Source: Podospora anserina (lineage: Eukaryota). Taken from it: a DNA stretch of 64,000 bases. Positions 21,525 to 35,700 of the stretch are shown piece after piece. Location of the stretch: assembly GCA_017654855.1 (NCBI GenBank), contig CM030334.1:3844001-3908000 (forward strand), written 5' to 3'. Under the pieces are notes generated by a model that made no database searches, was not told the origin of the DNA, and saw only the letters and a list, made by a program, of their open reading frames with translations. A program made the position numbers and the translations under genes. The stretch's first letter is position 1. The number at the start of each line of letters is the position of its first letter.

Positions 21525-23790
21525 CTAGTGCCCCCCAACCGGAAAGGCAAGGTCAAATGGCATGTCGTGCAAGTCATCACGGGTGTGCATCATGGCGGGC
21601 GGGAGCATGTCGTTGACAAACATGCCGGCCTGGGTGAGAGTGGCCGTCGACGAGACTGGAGAAGTGTAGTTGGAGGTGTCGATGCTCATCATCGAAGAGG
21701 ACGGCATGCCCTGCTGGAGCTGATGTCCCTGCGATGGACCACAGTCCGCAAAACCGGCCGAAGAGATTGGCAGGCCATGAAAAGAGGCGGCAAAGACCGA
21801 GGTGTCGAGCGGATACAGATCGGAGAGCTGCGATCCAAGCTCGCCTTGGAGACCCTGTGATGAAAGATCCTGACCGAATCCCCCACCAAGTCCGGCGTAG
21901 ACGGCCATGTTGCTGTAGGCGTCCATGCCGAGAAGGTTGGGTGGCACACCATAAGCCTGCGCGCCGAGTTCATTGTCAATGTCCTCTTGTTCGACCTGGC
22001 CCACCGAGTCGCTCCCGTCAGGACCGAGGGCACCCTCCTGGTCCATCGGCACTGTCACCTCCATCATCCACAGCTTGAGCTCCGACATGGGGGGCCAATC
22101 GCCGCCGCCCTTGCCGCCGCGCTTCTCTTCCTCCATCTTGGCGGCCGAGCTGGCGCCTTTGGCACCATTCTTGGAACCAGCACCCTTCCGTGCCTTGACC
22201 TTGAAGTGGGTGCGTCTCAAGTGAGCAGCAGCATTGTAATAAGCGCCGTACTGCTTAAAGGCCGAACATTGCTTGCAATCCGACAGAGGCTTGGCGGCCG
22301 TCTCTGCGTGCGGGATGCCGAGCAGGCCAGGGTCCTGGCAAATCCACTTCTTGACCATGCTCTTGTGTTTGGCTTCGGTGTGACGGCGCAGCTCGTGCTC
22401 ACCCCGGAACCCTTCGGGGTTCTCGTTGCACTGGTGGCAGCGGACCTTGGGGTGCTTGGGGCGCTCATACTTGGTCTTGGTGATGACGGCCTTGGGGTCC
22501 TTCTTGTTGGTGGCCGATGCGGGTTGTTCCTTCTTGACGACATCTGGCTTTGGCTGAAGTTGACGAGACTTGGCGTTGACGTTCTGGCGAGCAAGAGATT
22601 CTTTGGCGCGGACCTTGAGGGAATTATTTGACTTGGTGCTGTCTCTGGAGACCGAACGCTCCATGCCGAGGTCATCGTTCATGTACCCCGCATTGAGTTC
22701 CTGGATGGCCGCCGACGAGATGGAGTGAGAGCTCGACTGGGAGGAGGGCGACTTCTTCATCTGATGTTGGTGAAGCATCGAGTCGATGGGCGCAGAAGAA
22801 GGATAGGCACCGACAAAGTGGGCGCTGGGGCCGGTTCCCATGTGAAGGTCTGTGGCCGACCTCTTTCCAAGCAACGAAGGTTGATGATACGGCGGCTGAC
22901 TCGGGCCAAAGCTGTCTTGTCGAGCTTGTCCATTGGTGGAATGCTGTGACCGAATGCGGACCATCTCAAGTTGGGACAGGATGGCTGCGTTGTTGTCGTT
23001 GAAGTTGCTGTTGCATCTTGACATGGCCGTGGTTCCGACAGATGGGCCCGAGGTCAAAGAACCACAAGCCGATGGCATGCCTGAGTCGGGATAATGTGAT
23101 GCCTCTTGGGGCGACAACATTCTGGAGGAAGGGATGGCGATGGGCGAGACGCTGGAAAGGTCTCCTCCCATATCCCGCATCGAGAGAAAATCGGCAACAT
23201 CCATCTCTCTGCCCGTTGGTGTTGGTTGGAGCTGGGAATGTGACTGGAAGAAGGCGTTGACGGGCTGCTGCATCTGACCCTGACCAAGATACTGCTCAAG
23301 CATGGCCGAACTGGGACCCGACAGACTGCCGCTGGGGACACCTGGTTGAATGGACATATTTGAGCTGGACCTCCCCATGCCCGTGCCAGAGGATGGACCG
23401 GCATTGTGTGTGGTCTTGGAACGCTTCATGGGACGGCTCTGGTCCTGGCACCATTGGTGAGCATGAGCAAAAGAGTGGGTTGGGTCTCGGAGTTTCGTTA
23501 CTTACCTGTGACTGGACGTGATCCAGCTGAAGGGAAACACTGTCAGCAGCAGCAATGCCGGGGGCAGCCGTCACACTGCGGGGTATCGTGTTGCTTCTTG
23601 ATCGTCCATTGTCGGCGAGAACTGGTCGTGACGGAGCGATCTGGTAGTTGCCGGGGACAGACTCAAAGTCGAGGGCGGCAGCTGTGGCCGAGGACCGGGA
23701 CGTCCGGGCTCTGCTGAGCTGGCTCATGATCTCTTGCTTCTCGTGCTCTTTTTGTCGAAGCAATGCTTCTAACCTTTGGACCTGGCTCAT
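21525..23790 (-). CDS. Putative zinc-finger transcription regulator (KLAP1/DUF7896-like); intron 23445-23505
   Basis: Exon 1 MSQVQRLEALL...VQSQ|gtaagt splices to DQSRPMKRSK. Contains HPKVRCHQCNENPEGFRGEHELRRHTEAKH, CKQC...YYNAAAHLRRTHF and KRGGKGGGDWPPM. Confidence 0.8.
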
Positions 23791-26700
23791 TCTGGTCGCC
23801 TTTCAGCGTGTCAAGAGTAGGTGAGGCGAGGAGAGGTAGGGCGGACCGAGTGGGAAGAGAATAAAGTCGGCCGGCGACAAGTGGATGTACGTATGTAGAT
23901 ATGTATGTATGGTATGGTATGGTATGGTATGGTTGGTTGGTTGGTTGTATGTGTGTGTATGTGTGTGTGTGTGTTGGAAGTAAAAGACTCGGGATGAGTC
24001 AAAAGATGGAATGGGAAGTTGCAGATACAAATGTAAGTTGTTGTAAGTCAATGTCAATGTATAATAATAATGATTGAAGAAGGGAAAAGATTGGCGCAAC
24101 GAGGAGCGAGCAAATGATATTTATCGAGCAGATGCTCACGAGGCTTCGTTGGATATGGCACGCAACGACGAGACCTACCAGGTGCCGAGGGGGTCTGGGG
24201 TCAGCTAGCTTAGTGTCGATTTCGAAACGGAGTTTCTTGGAGGGCATGAGGTGGAGGAGGGGGGAGGATGGGAGTATACAATATGATCAGGTAGACATGG
24301 GCATGCAGGTGGTGTGGCCTACCACGATACTTGATACCAGGTACCTCGATAGAGATCCAGAATGGTGACGACTTGTTGGACCAGGGATCAACGGTATGCT
24401 TGGTCACACCAAATGTGAGCTGGGAAAGGGAGATCTTCTCCCCGATTAGCGGGCTGCTCGTTCTGTTTCTGGGCATTGTCACCCCCAAAAAAAAAAGCAA
24501 TCTCACCCCAAGCAAACGGGCCCAGGATGTGACGGGATGGATCTGCCACCTCACCTCACGACGATAAACTCCTGGAATTGCAAGTCCCGTCGATTGCTTA
24601 TTCATGATGATAATACTTCCAACTCATCTCTGCAGGTGAGATGGATGGATGGATGGATGAATGGATTAGATGGATGGATGGAATCCTCAAAGAAGACTGG
24701 AAGGAAGAAGGCTGCTTCCATCCCCCGGCAACTTCCACGACAGGTTCTCTTGCGTAGACTAGTGGTGGGAGGTGTGCGCCCGGTTGCGGAGGGGAACAGT
24801 CATATTCCCCATCTCCCAATCGTTATCGAAGCCATATTCTGGCTGGGCTCTGTCCCGCGGGTGCATCCCATCGTTTTCGCGGGGGCGGCTCAGCAGCCAG
24901 TATCCAGTAGGGGCAAATAACCCGAGGGGGGAAGAGACGGAAACAGACGAGAGAGAGATAGTGAAGAGAAAAAGATGAATCATCAAGGAGGGGGAGGAAG
25001 GGGAGGGAGAGGTGATGTGTTGGCTGCCCGGTGGTGGCCGTAAGGGTTCCTGTCGCGGCAAGTTGCACCCAACGGTCCAGTCACAGTTAGCGGTCGTGTG
25101 CTGGCTAGCGCGCCAGGGAACCGCTGAAGCACACCCGTCGAGCCACGGCTCCACTGGCTCTCAGGGCAGTTCCAGGTTCCATTCTCTAATATCGTCACCA
25201 CTGTCGCTGTCGTGCTACTGCTGCACAGAAGGGCTTTCCAGCTTCTCAACCCCCACAGCTTCGACGAGGTTGAATATTCTCCGATACCTGTTGTCTACTG
25301 CATGTCCCCCGCCTCCTCTCTCCCAAATTGCAGATGCCGTCGTGGGTCCACACGAGATCCATGAGTCGATCCTTGGGCACCGTTGCAACTTCTCAGTTCG
25401 GTCACCTACATTTCACACATCATATTATATCTGATCGATGTAGGAGACAAGGAGAGAAGAGAAGATTTCTCTGCTTCTGCCACTAGAACAGAATCGGGCT
25501 CGGTCGACCACTCTCAAAGAGTCGAGATGCATGTGTCGCCTGTGGCACGCTCTGCTGTCAGCGAATCCCGCCCATCCCTCGCTGCTGAGCCAAGCATCCG
25601 GTGGGCGTCACGATCGTCCTGATTGGCCCAAAAAGTGAGGCAAGCACTGCTGGGATGTCTCTACTGGATGAAAACGTCCGGCCAGGGCGGGCCTTTTCGG
25701 GCACATCCTCATCATGTACTATTCACGTAACCCAAGCCACAACTGACAAGACTGACAAGACTGAGAAGACCAGATGTGGCTGCATCAATATCTCCTCCCT
25801 CGGGTCAATTGGTGTGGTGGTGTTGGGCTCCAATCCCCCCCTCCCCCCCCCGGGCAGTTGTGGCTTGTGGGTGTGCATGACCTCTCTGAGGTGGATGAGC
25901 TGGCATCGTGGCATTCCAATGCCTGAGCGATTGACACGTTTCTAGCTTCCAAGATAGCCGAGCCTCACCGCGGCGGCGAAGCACTGTGGCACTCCTTCAC
26001 CTTTCCTGCCCGACATCATACCTAGCATTGACGTCGTCACCGAAGCCCACCCTACAGACATGTACCTGCAGCAACCCCTCCGGAATCAGGGACTCGCGAT
26101 ACGAGATGCCACGAAGCTGCCCGGCTTTGCTTCTTGCTTCTTGCTTCTTGCTTGTTGCTTGCTTGCTGCGAGTCATCGTCGACTCCGCCAGAAATCTGCA
26201 GATAAGCCCAAAGACCACAATTGTTCTGTTTCCCCTCCGAAGCGCGGGATAATTAACAAAAGATGCCGGTCGCCGCATTCCGGACTCCGCCCCGCAAGGC
26301 TCTATAAAACACAAACACGCCCGGGTCCCTGCTGGGGACTGTCAGATGACTCAATAATGCTCAATGCTTCCAGATAACCTGGGGAAGCACCAAACACGGC
26401 GGAGAAAAGAGGCTCTGCCGAGTGGAGAGCAGCAGTGCTGCCGGCAGGTGAAACAGCGTCGTGCTATGGCGGGACAACCTTTGAATGACATCCATGACAG
26501 CCCGGGCGGGAGAGAAGTAGACGGCTAGCGGCATACCTCCTCGTTGACCGCTTTGTATCGTCTGCGATATGTCTTGCCTCGGTAATGTCCCAAATAAGCC
26601 ACCTGGCGCTTGCTGGCATATTGAAGCCCTCACCGGTCACGGATGCTCTCTCGGCGCGCGATATTAAAAAATAAGATACCGCAAGATGCGGAGTGACCCA

Positions 26701-27464
26701 CCCACGGCCGAACGGCGCCGGCCCTCAAAGTCCGAAAACTGGACCCCATCAAGCCCCGTCTTGGCGTTCCGGTTCAGAGCTTCTCCAGGGTGACAACAGA
26801 GGACCCAATCATGTCGTGCCACTTCACGATGGTTGCCTGCCATTTCCGACCCTCCCTCAGCGCGTATCGATAGAGCATTCTGGACCAGATGAGGGGGCGA
26901 GTGGTTCTCGAATGATGTCGACTGCCGAGATTGCTGCCGACAAAAGCACTGCTGGGGATGCCCGGTCCGTTCAGACACTTGATCAATTCGGCTGCGCTGT
27001 CACCTGGACGGCATGAACCAGTTGTCAAAAATACAGTTGACTCATGAGGGGAACACCGGGAAGCGCGCTTGATTTCAAAATCCAAAGCTGGCATTTCGAT
27101 GCTGGGACTTACACAAGGTAAATGCTTGAGCTCGGTCAGCGAGACTGCCAATTCCACCGCAACAGCCGACCCTCTGGCGGTGAGAATTCCCTCCATTCGC
27201 AAAGCGATAATCGTAAGAGTCACAGGTTATGAGGAGACAGAATTTGTCACCAAACTTCCAGAATTTGAGAGGGGCCATGGGATGAACGTTGGTGAAGAAG
27301 CACAAGATGGCGGGCAAAAACATCCCGCCGATGACATAATCTTGGCACCCCCGGTTCAGTGCTCCGATAAGGCTCCTTATCGGGCGCAACAGTGCTGTGG
27401 CAGCGCGATGCCAACAGCTGTCATCAACGGGAGCAAGTGGCATCAACGAGAGGCCCTTCAATAG

Positions 27465-27509
27465 CAGCAACAACAACAGCAACAACAGCAACAACAACAA
27501 CAACAACAA
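27465..27509. repeat. CAA/CAG trinucleotide repeat just upstream of YOS9
   Basis: cagcaacaacaacagcaacaacagcaacaacaacaacaacaacaa read directly from the sequence. Confidence 0.9.
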
Positions 27510-27577
27510 AAGAAATTATTTCTGAATGTGAGCCCGAGGCTGGGGCTGCCACTGTCATTGCGACAACATCACACACA

Positions 27578-29300
27578 ATGCGCCGGCTCAATCTGGTTCT
27601 CCTGGCTTCGCTGCAGCTCTGCAGAGCTCGACAGCCCAGCTTTAGCATTCACGAGGATCTGCTGGCCCATCCACAGGTATGTCATTGGTCATTGTTAGCC
27701 GTCAAATAGCAACACCAGCTCACAATTCGACTGTTTTTGTTTTCCTTTTTATAAGTTCGAGATTGTCTTTTCCGATCAATTCATTTCCGAAGCCGACGCT
27801 CTCGCTCTCCTCGACACACAATCATCGTCCTCCCCAGCTCCCTCTCCAACCCCATCATCCCAGACCGAGCTCGCCAGCCCGTCCACAGAGACAGATGCCA
27901 GCAATGGCCAACAACAAAACCCCGAAGACACCGACGATGATTCCAACCCGGTCTCCGAGACGTACGAGCTGATCAACTCTGCCCCGTGGAAATATCTCTG
28001 CACCGTACCCGTCCTCGCTCCCCCTCCAACACTCAACCAAACCGCCACCGAGCTCGCCAAGGCCGAAGAAGCTCGGGAAATGTCCCGTGCCTCGGCCAGG
28101 GGATGGGAGCTCATGAGTGGTCTTGACGGACATTGTCTCTACTTTATGAGTGGTTGGTGGAGCTATTCTTTCTGCTACGGCAAAGACGTTGTTCAGTTCC
28201 ATGCTCTGCCACGAGGCACCGAAGGGGGCCCGCCTGTCCGGGATGACAGCAGCCAGGAGTATGTGCTGGGAAGGGCGCTACCCGCTTCCGAGCAACCAAA
28301 GGACGGGCAAGAAAAGGGCTTGGCCCCTCCCAACTCGGAGCTACAGGTCAAGGGCGACCAACGATACCTCGTCCAGAAGTTCGAGGGTGGTACCATTTGC
28401 GATCTCACCAACAAACCACGCACCATTGAGGTGCAGTATCACTGCCATCCCGGCGTGGCAGGGGACAGGATTAGCTGGATCAAAGAGGTTACGATTTGCA
28501 CCTACCTCATGGTGGTGCAGACCCCACGACTCTGCGATGATGTGGCTTTTCTCCCACCAAAGGTCACCAAAAGACATCCCGTTACCTGCAAGCAAATCGT
28601 CAGCAGCGAAGAGGAGGAGTCGGCATGGAGATATCAGAAGCAGGTCGAGGCCGGCGGTGTGCTCGAGGGCGCTGGCGAGAGAGCCAGGCTCAAGGTTGGC
28701 CGCCCTAATGGTGGAGCCGACAGCAACCCCTTTTCGGGCATGACCATCGGGGGCGTGGTGGTGGGGGGACAAAAGATCCTGGGAGGAAAAGTGAATGCCG
28801 ATGGAACCCCGGCGTTTAAGCTCATGCCTCCCCGACACGTATCCGCCCTCTCTACGCCCAAGGCGGCGACCGTGACCCATGTTTTGCTCGCCAAAGAGAA
28901 GGAAGGGGCCCCTATTGAAAGGCTCAGTCCGGAAAAGCTAGAGGAGCTGGGGATCAAGGATGCGTTCTTGGACGAGATGGAGGCCCAGTTGGAGGCGGTA
29001 TCCGGCGGTGAGGGGTGGAGAGTAGAAGTAGTGGACGCGCCTGGCCAGGAGCGACAGTATGTGGTCTATCAAATGCTCGACAACGGCGCCGACGCAATCG
29101 ACCTGGAGAAGAAGCACACTTTGCCTCCTGGTGGTGCCGAAGACCAAAAGACCAAGGGCGAGAGGCAGAAGACGGCGACCAAGAAGCAAAAGCCAAAGGC
29201 CAAGAAGACCGCCGGGCAACAGGAAAAGACGGAAGGCAAAAAACCGCGTCTCGATGACGACGAGGAAGGGTCCAAAGAGGAGTTCAAGGATGAGCTGTAA
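27578..29300 (+). CDS. YOS9: ER lectin OS-9/Yos9 homolog (ERAD); intron 27677-27755
   Basis: Signal peptide MRRLNLVLLASLQLCRA, FSIHEDLLAHPQ|FEIVFS, MRH domain CLYFMSGWWSYSFCY...QFH...GTICDLT...EVQYHC...IKEVTICTY and C-terminal KDEL. Confidence 0.93.
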
Positions 29301-30268
29301 GGTACCCGTTATGTATATTGGCACTAGTTGCATATATTGACAGTCATCAAACTACTTTTCTTTCTGGAACAGCTGCCGCCGGGGGAGTCCGCATTATGGG
29401 GCTTGCCTCGGTTTGTTCAAAGTGCCCGGAATCTGCTCCGGCGCCTCCCTCCTACATTACATAACCCATCATTGCAAGAGCCTCATCAACCAACCACCCA
29501 TTCAGAAGACTGCCGGGAAGAAAACAAGTGTTTTATGGGGCATTTGCCACTGGCCAGGGGTAATATGTAGCCATGTCCCCACCTTTGCAGGACTAATTCT
29601 TGCTCCTGCAGGTGGCGATGTGAAGTCTTTTTTTCTTCTTTTTTTCACAGCGCGCGCTGGACGCATGTATAATGACGACCAGCTTTTCACAATCACTTTG
29701 TCCCTTCTTTCTTTTCCCTCTTCTCTCTCTCTTTTTGCTTGATGACCACCAACAGCACCTTCAAGCCGATTCTGCGCGACTGAGTTGTCAGACTCCGGAC
29801 TGGGACAAGCATCCGTTGGGTTTGCGGTGATCATCGCCGTTGGGTTGGAAGCGAGCGAAAGGGGGTGTCTTGGCATCCGTCATACCCTTCCCTCTTCCCA
29901 TCCCGCGCTCCTGCCGCCTATCTTTTCGAGCAAGGGGTCTCTTCCAAGCACACGGACCCTTTTCTCTAATTGTTTTTCGAGAATCCGGACTCCCGAGACA
30001 TCGTAACGACAAGGAAGCATCATCACCGGCCCGGCAAGAGGATACTTAACAGTTGCTGTCAAGAGTGGGAAGCCATCCGGTTGGCTCACTGTCTTATCTT
30101 TGAGATTGAGTGGGAAAAAAAGAAAAGAAATAAAAAGTTGGGATGAACGGATAGACACGTTGGCATATTACGCGATATTACATCAGACGAACGCTTATAT
30201 TGAGCCCTGGCCCTGGTCAACGGAAACGGCAGTTGAAACGGGAATCACAGGGGGTTAGGTGGGAAGAA

Positions 30269-32446
30269 ATGGACACACATATGGATCATATCAAAACGGA
30301 GGACGAGGAAGACCAGGGGCACGGGCTACCGCACCCGACTCCGTCATCGCAGGCACGACAGACACCGGCACCAACAAAACGACAGCCTAGCTTGACTGAG
30401 TCCAGCCGAGGGGGTAGGAGGACAGCATCAAGCTTGACGGCCAACAGAAAGGTTTGCGACCATTGCAGGACGAGACGGATAAAATGCGATTACCAATTCC
30501 CTTGCCAGCAGTGCCTCAATGCCGCCTTGGTGTGCAAAAGGGACCAGGTCCCACGGAAAAGAGGTCCCAAGCCAGGTCATGGTCGAGTCCTTGACAGGAT
30601 ACGGTCAAAAGAGGAGGAAGTGCTGGGGATAGCGTCGAGGGAGAGCAGCGTCGAGTATGTTTTATTCAGCACGATGGGCATTTCGTAAACTGACCCCGGA
30701 CGAGAAACAGCTTTGAGACCACCCCGAGCAGTCTCGGCACCCCTCAGTCCACGCCTCCTGACACGCCCTTTCCGAATCCGTCTGCTGACGCCCAACATGG
30801 CCGCTCTGGACGGCAGAGATACCATCATCTCATCCCGCTGTGTGTTGAGGTTTACACGGCTCACCTGTACCCTCTCCTCCCTGTAGTTCACCTACCCACG
30901 CTGCAGAGCTACTGCTGTCAACCCTCGGTTCCGCCATCTCAGAGGACGCTACTGCTCGCCTTATCGGCTCTCACGTCCCTTCATGTTGCATCTCTTCCAC
31001 CACCCTCCCGGCCCCCATCAGGGAGTAATACCGACTGGATCAGCGCAGCAAAGTCGTTTCTGGAAGAATGCTTGGCCACACGCCAGGCATACGACTATGT
31101 TGCTCACCTCCAGCTGAACGATATTTTGACGTCGTTTCTGCTGTCCAGACTTTACATTGAAATGGGGAACAGCCGAAAAGCCTGGGTGTATCTGCGAGAA
31201 ACAGGTGCTCTGGCGGCCGAGTTTGGTCTGGATCGGGAAGATGGATATGCAGGTTCGGAAGGAGAAGATGACCTGGCGAGGAGGAGGCTGTTCTGGGCAG
31301 TTCTGATTTCCGAGAGGTAAGTTTCGTGACCACTACGGGACGAGGACGTCTGCTGACAGGAACAGGGAATTTGCCATCCTGAGAAACAAGCCCATCACGA
31401 GCTTCAGACGGAAACCAGAACTGCCAACTTTTGGATACCGGTATGAAGATCCGGGTGTCCATGCTGGCTTGCTACAGCTGGCGGAGGTATACAAGCCGGT
31501 TGGTGAGGACTTTGTCGCTGCGTGGAACGACACCTCCCCCCAAAACGAAGACTCGCCGGCCGCTCACAACATGAAAGCCGCAAAGCTGCTGGAGCTCCAA
31601 CGCCGTCTGTCACAGGTGACAGAGTCAGGGGAGGAGGCGACAGAAATGCAAAGGGTGCATCTCACGATTACTCGTCAGTGGCTGAAGCTGGTTACTTGGC
31701 AACTGTCGTTCCGCGCCCACCTGCTGTCGTTCGGCAACGTCCACGAAAGCATGCGGTTCACTTATCCGCTCATCATCGCCCACGAGACGTTGTCGTTTTT
31801 GAACTCGCTGCCGCCAGGGCGCTGCTACAGTAGGATTTCGACCATGGAAAAGATTTACGAGATTGGCATCTGGTGGCTCAATGTCGTCGGGGCTGTGGAT
31901 AACCTCGAGCTTGGGAGGCACGGTGCCAAGACAGATGATAACCTTCTGGACGCTTTTGTCAGGGTTCTCAGCGTCGGCGAACAGAGCAGGGTACTGTTTG
32001 CAGAACGGCTCAAGATGTTTGCCGCTGCTGGCGACAAGTCAGACCTCAGTTACATGGTGGGCAGGAAGTTCTCCCAAGAGGTGAGGGAGCAAGGACACAA
32101 AGAGATCAAGACGGAGGAGCCGGAGCCGAGATCTGTGCCGCGAACAGCACACAGCAGCAGTAGATACCACCACGGCGGGCCGTCGCTGGCGGTGGACACG
32201 CCCTCACCGGCGACCAATGGGCCTCCAACGGCACCTCACACCAACGAGACACCGCCGCCGCCGTGGTTCCAGGGGTACAATAACAGTGCCATCACCACGC
32301 CTACCAGCTCTGGGTGGGCGTCGACGACGTCAGAGGTGAACAGTCCGGAGATTTTGTTCAGTCCTGACATTGTCAGTCCCGGGCCGGGAGCGACGAGCTT
32401 TGGGTATTTTCGCTTTCCGGGGCCGAAGCCAGGGGAGGGGGCTTGA
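30269..32446 (+). CDS. Zn(II)2Cys6 transcription factor with fungal middle-homology region; introns about 30655-30710 and 31317-31365
   Basis: CDHCRTRRIKCDYQFPCQQCLNAALVC binuclear cluster plus RKRGPK; HLYPLLPVV, RRRLFWAVLISER and TRQWLKLVTWQ. Confidence 0.9.
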
Positions 32447-32779
32447 CATGGGTGTTTGCTAGATCATAATGTTTGTATATGAACCCGCCAAAAAAATACA
32501 AAGTAGAGGAAGCGATTTCCATTCATCACGAACACTTGTCCAATTCTGATTAACCCCAACCCCCGATTGACAAAGTGGAAACATCACGCGGGAACAAAGA
32601 CATGACGAAAAGAAGATGTATATATATAATATTAAAAAAATGACCAATAAACCAAAACAATGCATGCATGCTATGTACTGTATCCGAGTTCTTTCGTTCC
32701 TGCACCTTTTCTTACCCCTCCCCCCCCCAGCCCCTTCTTTTTGTTCCTTTTCCTCTGGGTATATCTACCTCCCTCAAAA

Positions 32780-35700
32780 CTACTGCAACATCTGCTGCAT
32801 AGCATTAACTCTATACCCCTCCCTCCGTCCCATCAACTCCTCATGCGTCCCCTTATCCACCACCTCGCCCCCCTCCACCACAAAAATCACATCCGCCTTC
32901 TTCACGGTGTGCAGCCTGTGCGTAATAGCCAGCACGGTCGTCCCCCGCGCGACTTTATCCAACCCCTCCTGCAGCGCCGCTTCAGAGGCAGCATCCAAAG
33001 CCGAAGTGCTCTCGTCAAGCAGCAACAACCTCGGCTTGCGAACCAACGCTCTCGCGATGGCAAGTCTCTGCCTCTGCCCACCGGACAAGCGACCGGCGGA
33101 GGCGCCGCACTGGGTGTCGTACCCCTCCGGCATGGCCATGATCACGTCGTGGATGTTGGCTAGCTTGCACGCCTCCTCGATCTCCTCCTGGGTGGGGACG
33201 TGGTCGGGTTTGGAGCCGAGGGAGACGTTGAACCGGATGGTGCCGTCGAACAAGGCCGGGTCTTGCGGGACAATGGCGATGGAGTCTTTGATGGAGGCGA
33301 CGGAAGAGGTGACGTCTACGTTGTCGAGCAGGATTGAGCCCGACGAGGGGGAGTAGAGGTTCTGGACGAGGGACATGATTGTTGATTTTCCTGCTCCGGA
33401 CGGGCCGACGAGGCCGACGAATTGACCGGGGGTGATGGTGAAGGAGACGTTCTTGAGGGTCCGGTGGTCTGGGCGGGAGGGGTAGGAGAAGGTGACGTTG
33501 GTGAAGGTGATTTTCATGCCTGGTTCACCACCAGTAGCGGCCTTGGCTGCCGAGGAGAGGGCAGACTCCGGGTCGGAAGAGGGGCCGGGCTTGCCGTGCG
33601 GGCCACGCTTGGAGTCGATCTCGTTGTTTGTTCCCAGTGCCAAAACGTTCATGATGCGGGAGAAGGCGGTGCGGGCGCGGGAGAACTCGGGGGCGAGGGT
33701 GAACATTTGGCCCCAGAGCTGGGCGCTGACGAGCATGGAGACGACGATGATGAAGAATTGGGTTTGGTTGGCCTCGCCCGACATGATCTTTTGCGAACCC
33801 CACCAGTAGGCGAAGGCGTAGATCAAAAAGGACATGCTGTTGCTGATGGCGAGCCAGACGTTGGTGAAGGCTGCCGCGCGGACCATTTCGTCGCGGGTGT
33901 TCTTCAGGAGACGGGCGTACGAGCCCATGACCTCCTTTTCGAGGGACAAGGCGGCGACGGTCTTGATGGATTGGACGGCTTCGACGGCCACACCGGTTGC
34001 CTTGGCGTAGGAGGCCGCGTGGCGCTCTTCGTAGCGGGCGAGCTGGCGGAGTTGCATGAAGCCCGCCCCGAGGAGGATCGGGACGACGGAGAGACAGACG
34101 ATGGCAATCTTCCACTGGATGATGTGCGAGAGGATGATGGCGACGAAGAAGTTGACGATGATGGCAAAGACGGTGCCGATGGTGCTACCCGAGAAACCAC
34201 CGATGGCGGCGCTGTCTTTGGTGATGATGTCAAGCAGGGAAGTAGGGTTGCGGCCGCCGGATTGATGCCATTCGACACCCTGCTCCATTAGGCTTCTGAA
34301 ACTGAGCACGCGGATGGCATACAGCATTCTCTCGGCAATGAGACCAAAGCAGGACCACGCAAAGAAGTTGGCCAGGAGCTCAATGCAGGCCAACATGAAG
34401 AGCAAACCACCAAAGAACTTTCCGAGGTCGAGGATGTCCTCGGGCGAGTTCTCGCACGGGTTGAGAGCACCAACGGTGAAACCAAAGATGAGACCAGATC
34501 CGGAGAAAGTACCACCGACAATGACAGCCGCGAAGACAGCCAGAAGCAACCAGGGGAAAGAAGGCTTGACAAGACGGGCCAGACCAGCAAACACGGATCC
34601 CCAGCCGGCCTCCTTCTCCTTCTCCTCCTTGTCACTGGCCGCCTTTTCAGCAGCAGACTCATCCCTGCTGGAGATGGAAGCAGCAAGAACCTTGGCTGTC
34701 TCCTCCTCTTCCTCGTCAACGACAACAACATCCTTCTTCTCGCTGATCTCAGCAACAGCCGAAGCAGCAGCCTCCTGGTTACCCAAGCTCTGCAGCTTGG
34801 CCATGGCAAAGAACTTGCCATCTTCTCTCGCCATCAGCTCGTCGTACACCCCCTCCTCCACAACCTCACCCGCCTCCAGAACAACAATCTTGTCCGCATT
34901 ACGAACGGTACTCAACCTATGAGCAATGGAAATTACCGTCCTCCCCTCGGCAGCCCGCTCAACAGCAAGCTGGATCTTTTTCTCAGAAGTCGAATCCAGC
35001 GCTGCAGTGGCCTCGTCCAGCAGCAAAATCTTGGGATCTCTAATCAAGGCACGCGCGAGCGCCACTCGCTGTCTTTGGCCACCAGACACCAAAGACCCCT
35101 TGGGCCCAGCAAAAGTACCGTAGCCCTTTTCCAGATTGGAGATGAAGTTGTGCGCGTCAGCCTGGACGGCAGCCTCCTTGACAAGACGGATGACTTCCTG
35201 CACCGCAGGGTTGGCAACGCTACTGTCGTCAACGGCATCCTTGCCCTTCTTGGCCAGCTCGGCGAGCTCGCCACCTTCTACCACCGCCTTGAGAGCTTGG
35301 TGTTCTGGCTTGGGGGAGTTGACCAGACCGAGAGCGATGTTCTCAAGGATGGAGCGGTCGAGAAGAGAAGGTTCTTGCTGGACGAGAGAGATAAAACTGC
35401 GGAGGTGGGACACGTTCAGTGTCTTGATGTCTGTGCCGTCCAGGGTGATGACACCAGAATCGGGATCCTGCAGACGGGCGACGAGGGCGGCGATGGTGGA
35501 TTTACCGCTTCCCGAAAGACCGACGAGGGCGGTGTGCTTGCCTGCCGGGAGGACAAGGTTGACGTTGCGGAGGACTGGCTGCTCGGCGCGGGAGGGGTAG
35601 GCAAAGGAGACGTTTTCGAGCTGTATGTGGCCGGTGGTGGTCTCAACCGGCAAAAAGGCGCCTTCGGAGGAAGTGCCGTCGATGGTGGAGGGGGCGTTGA

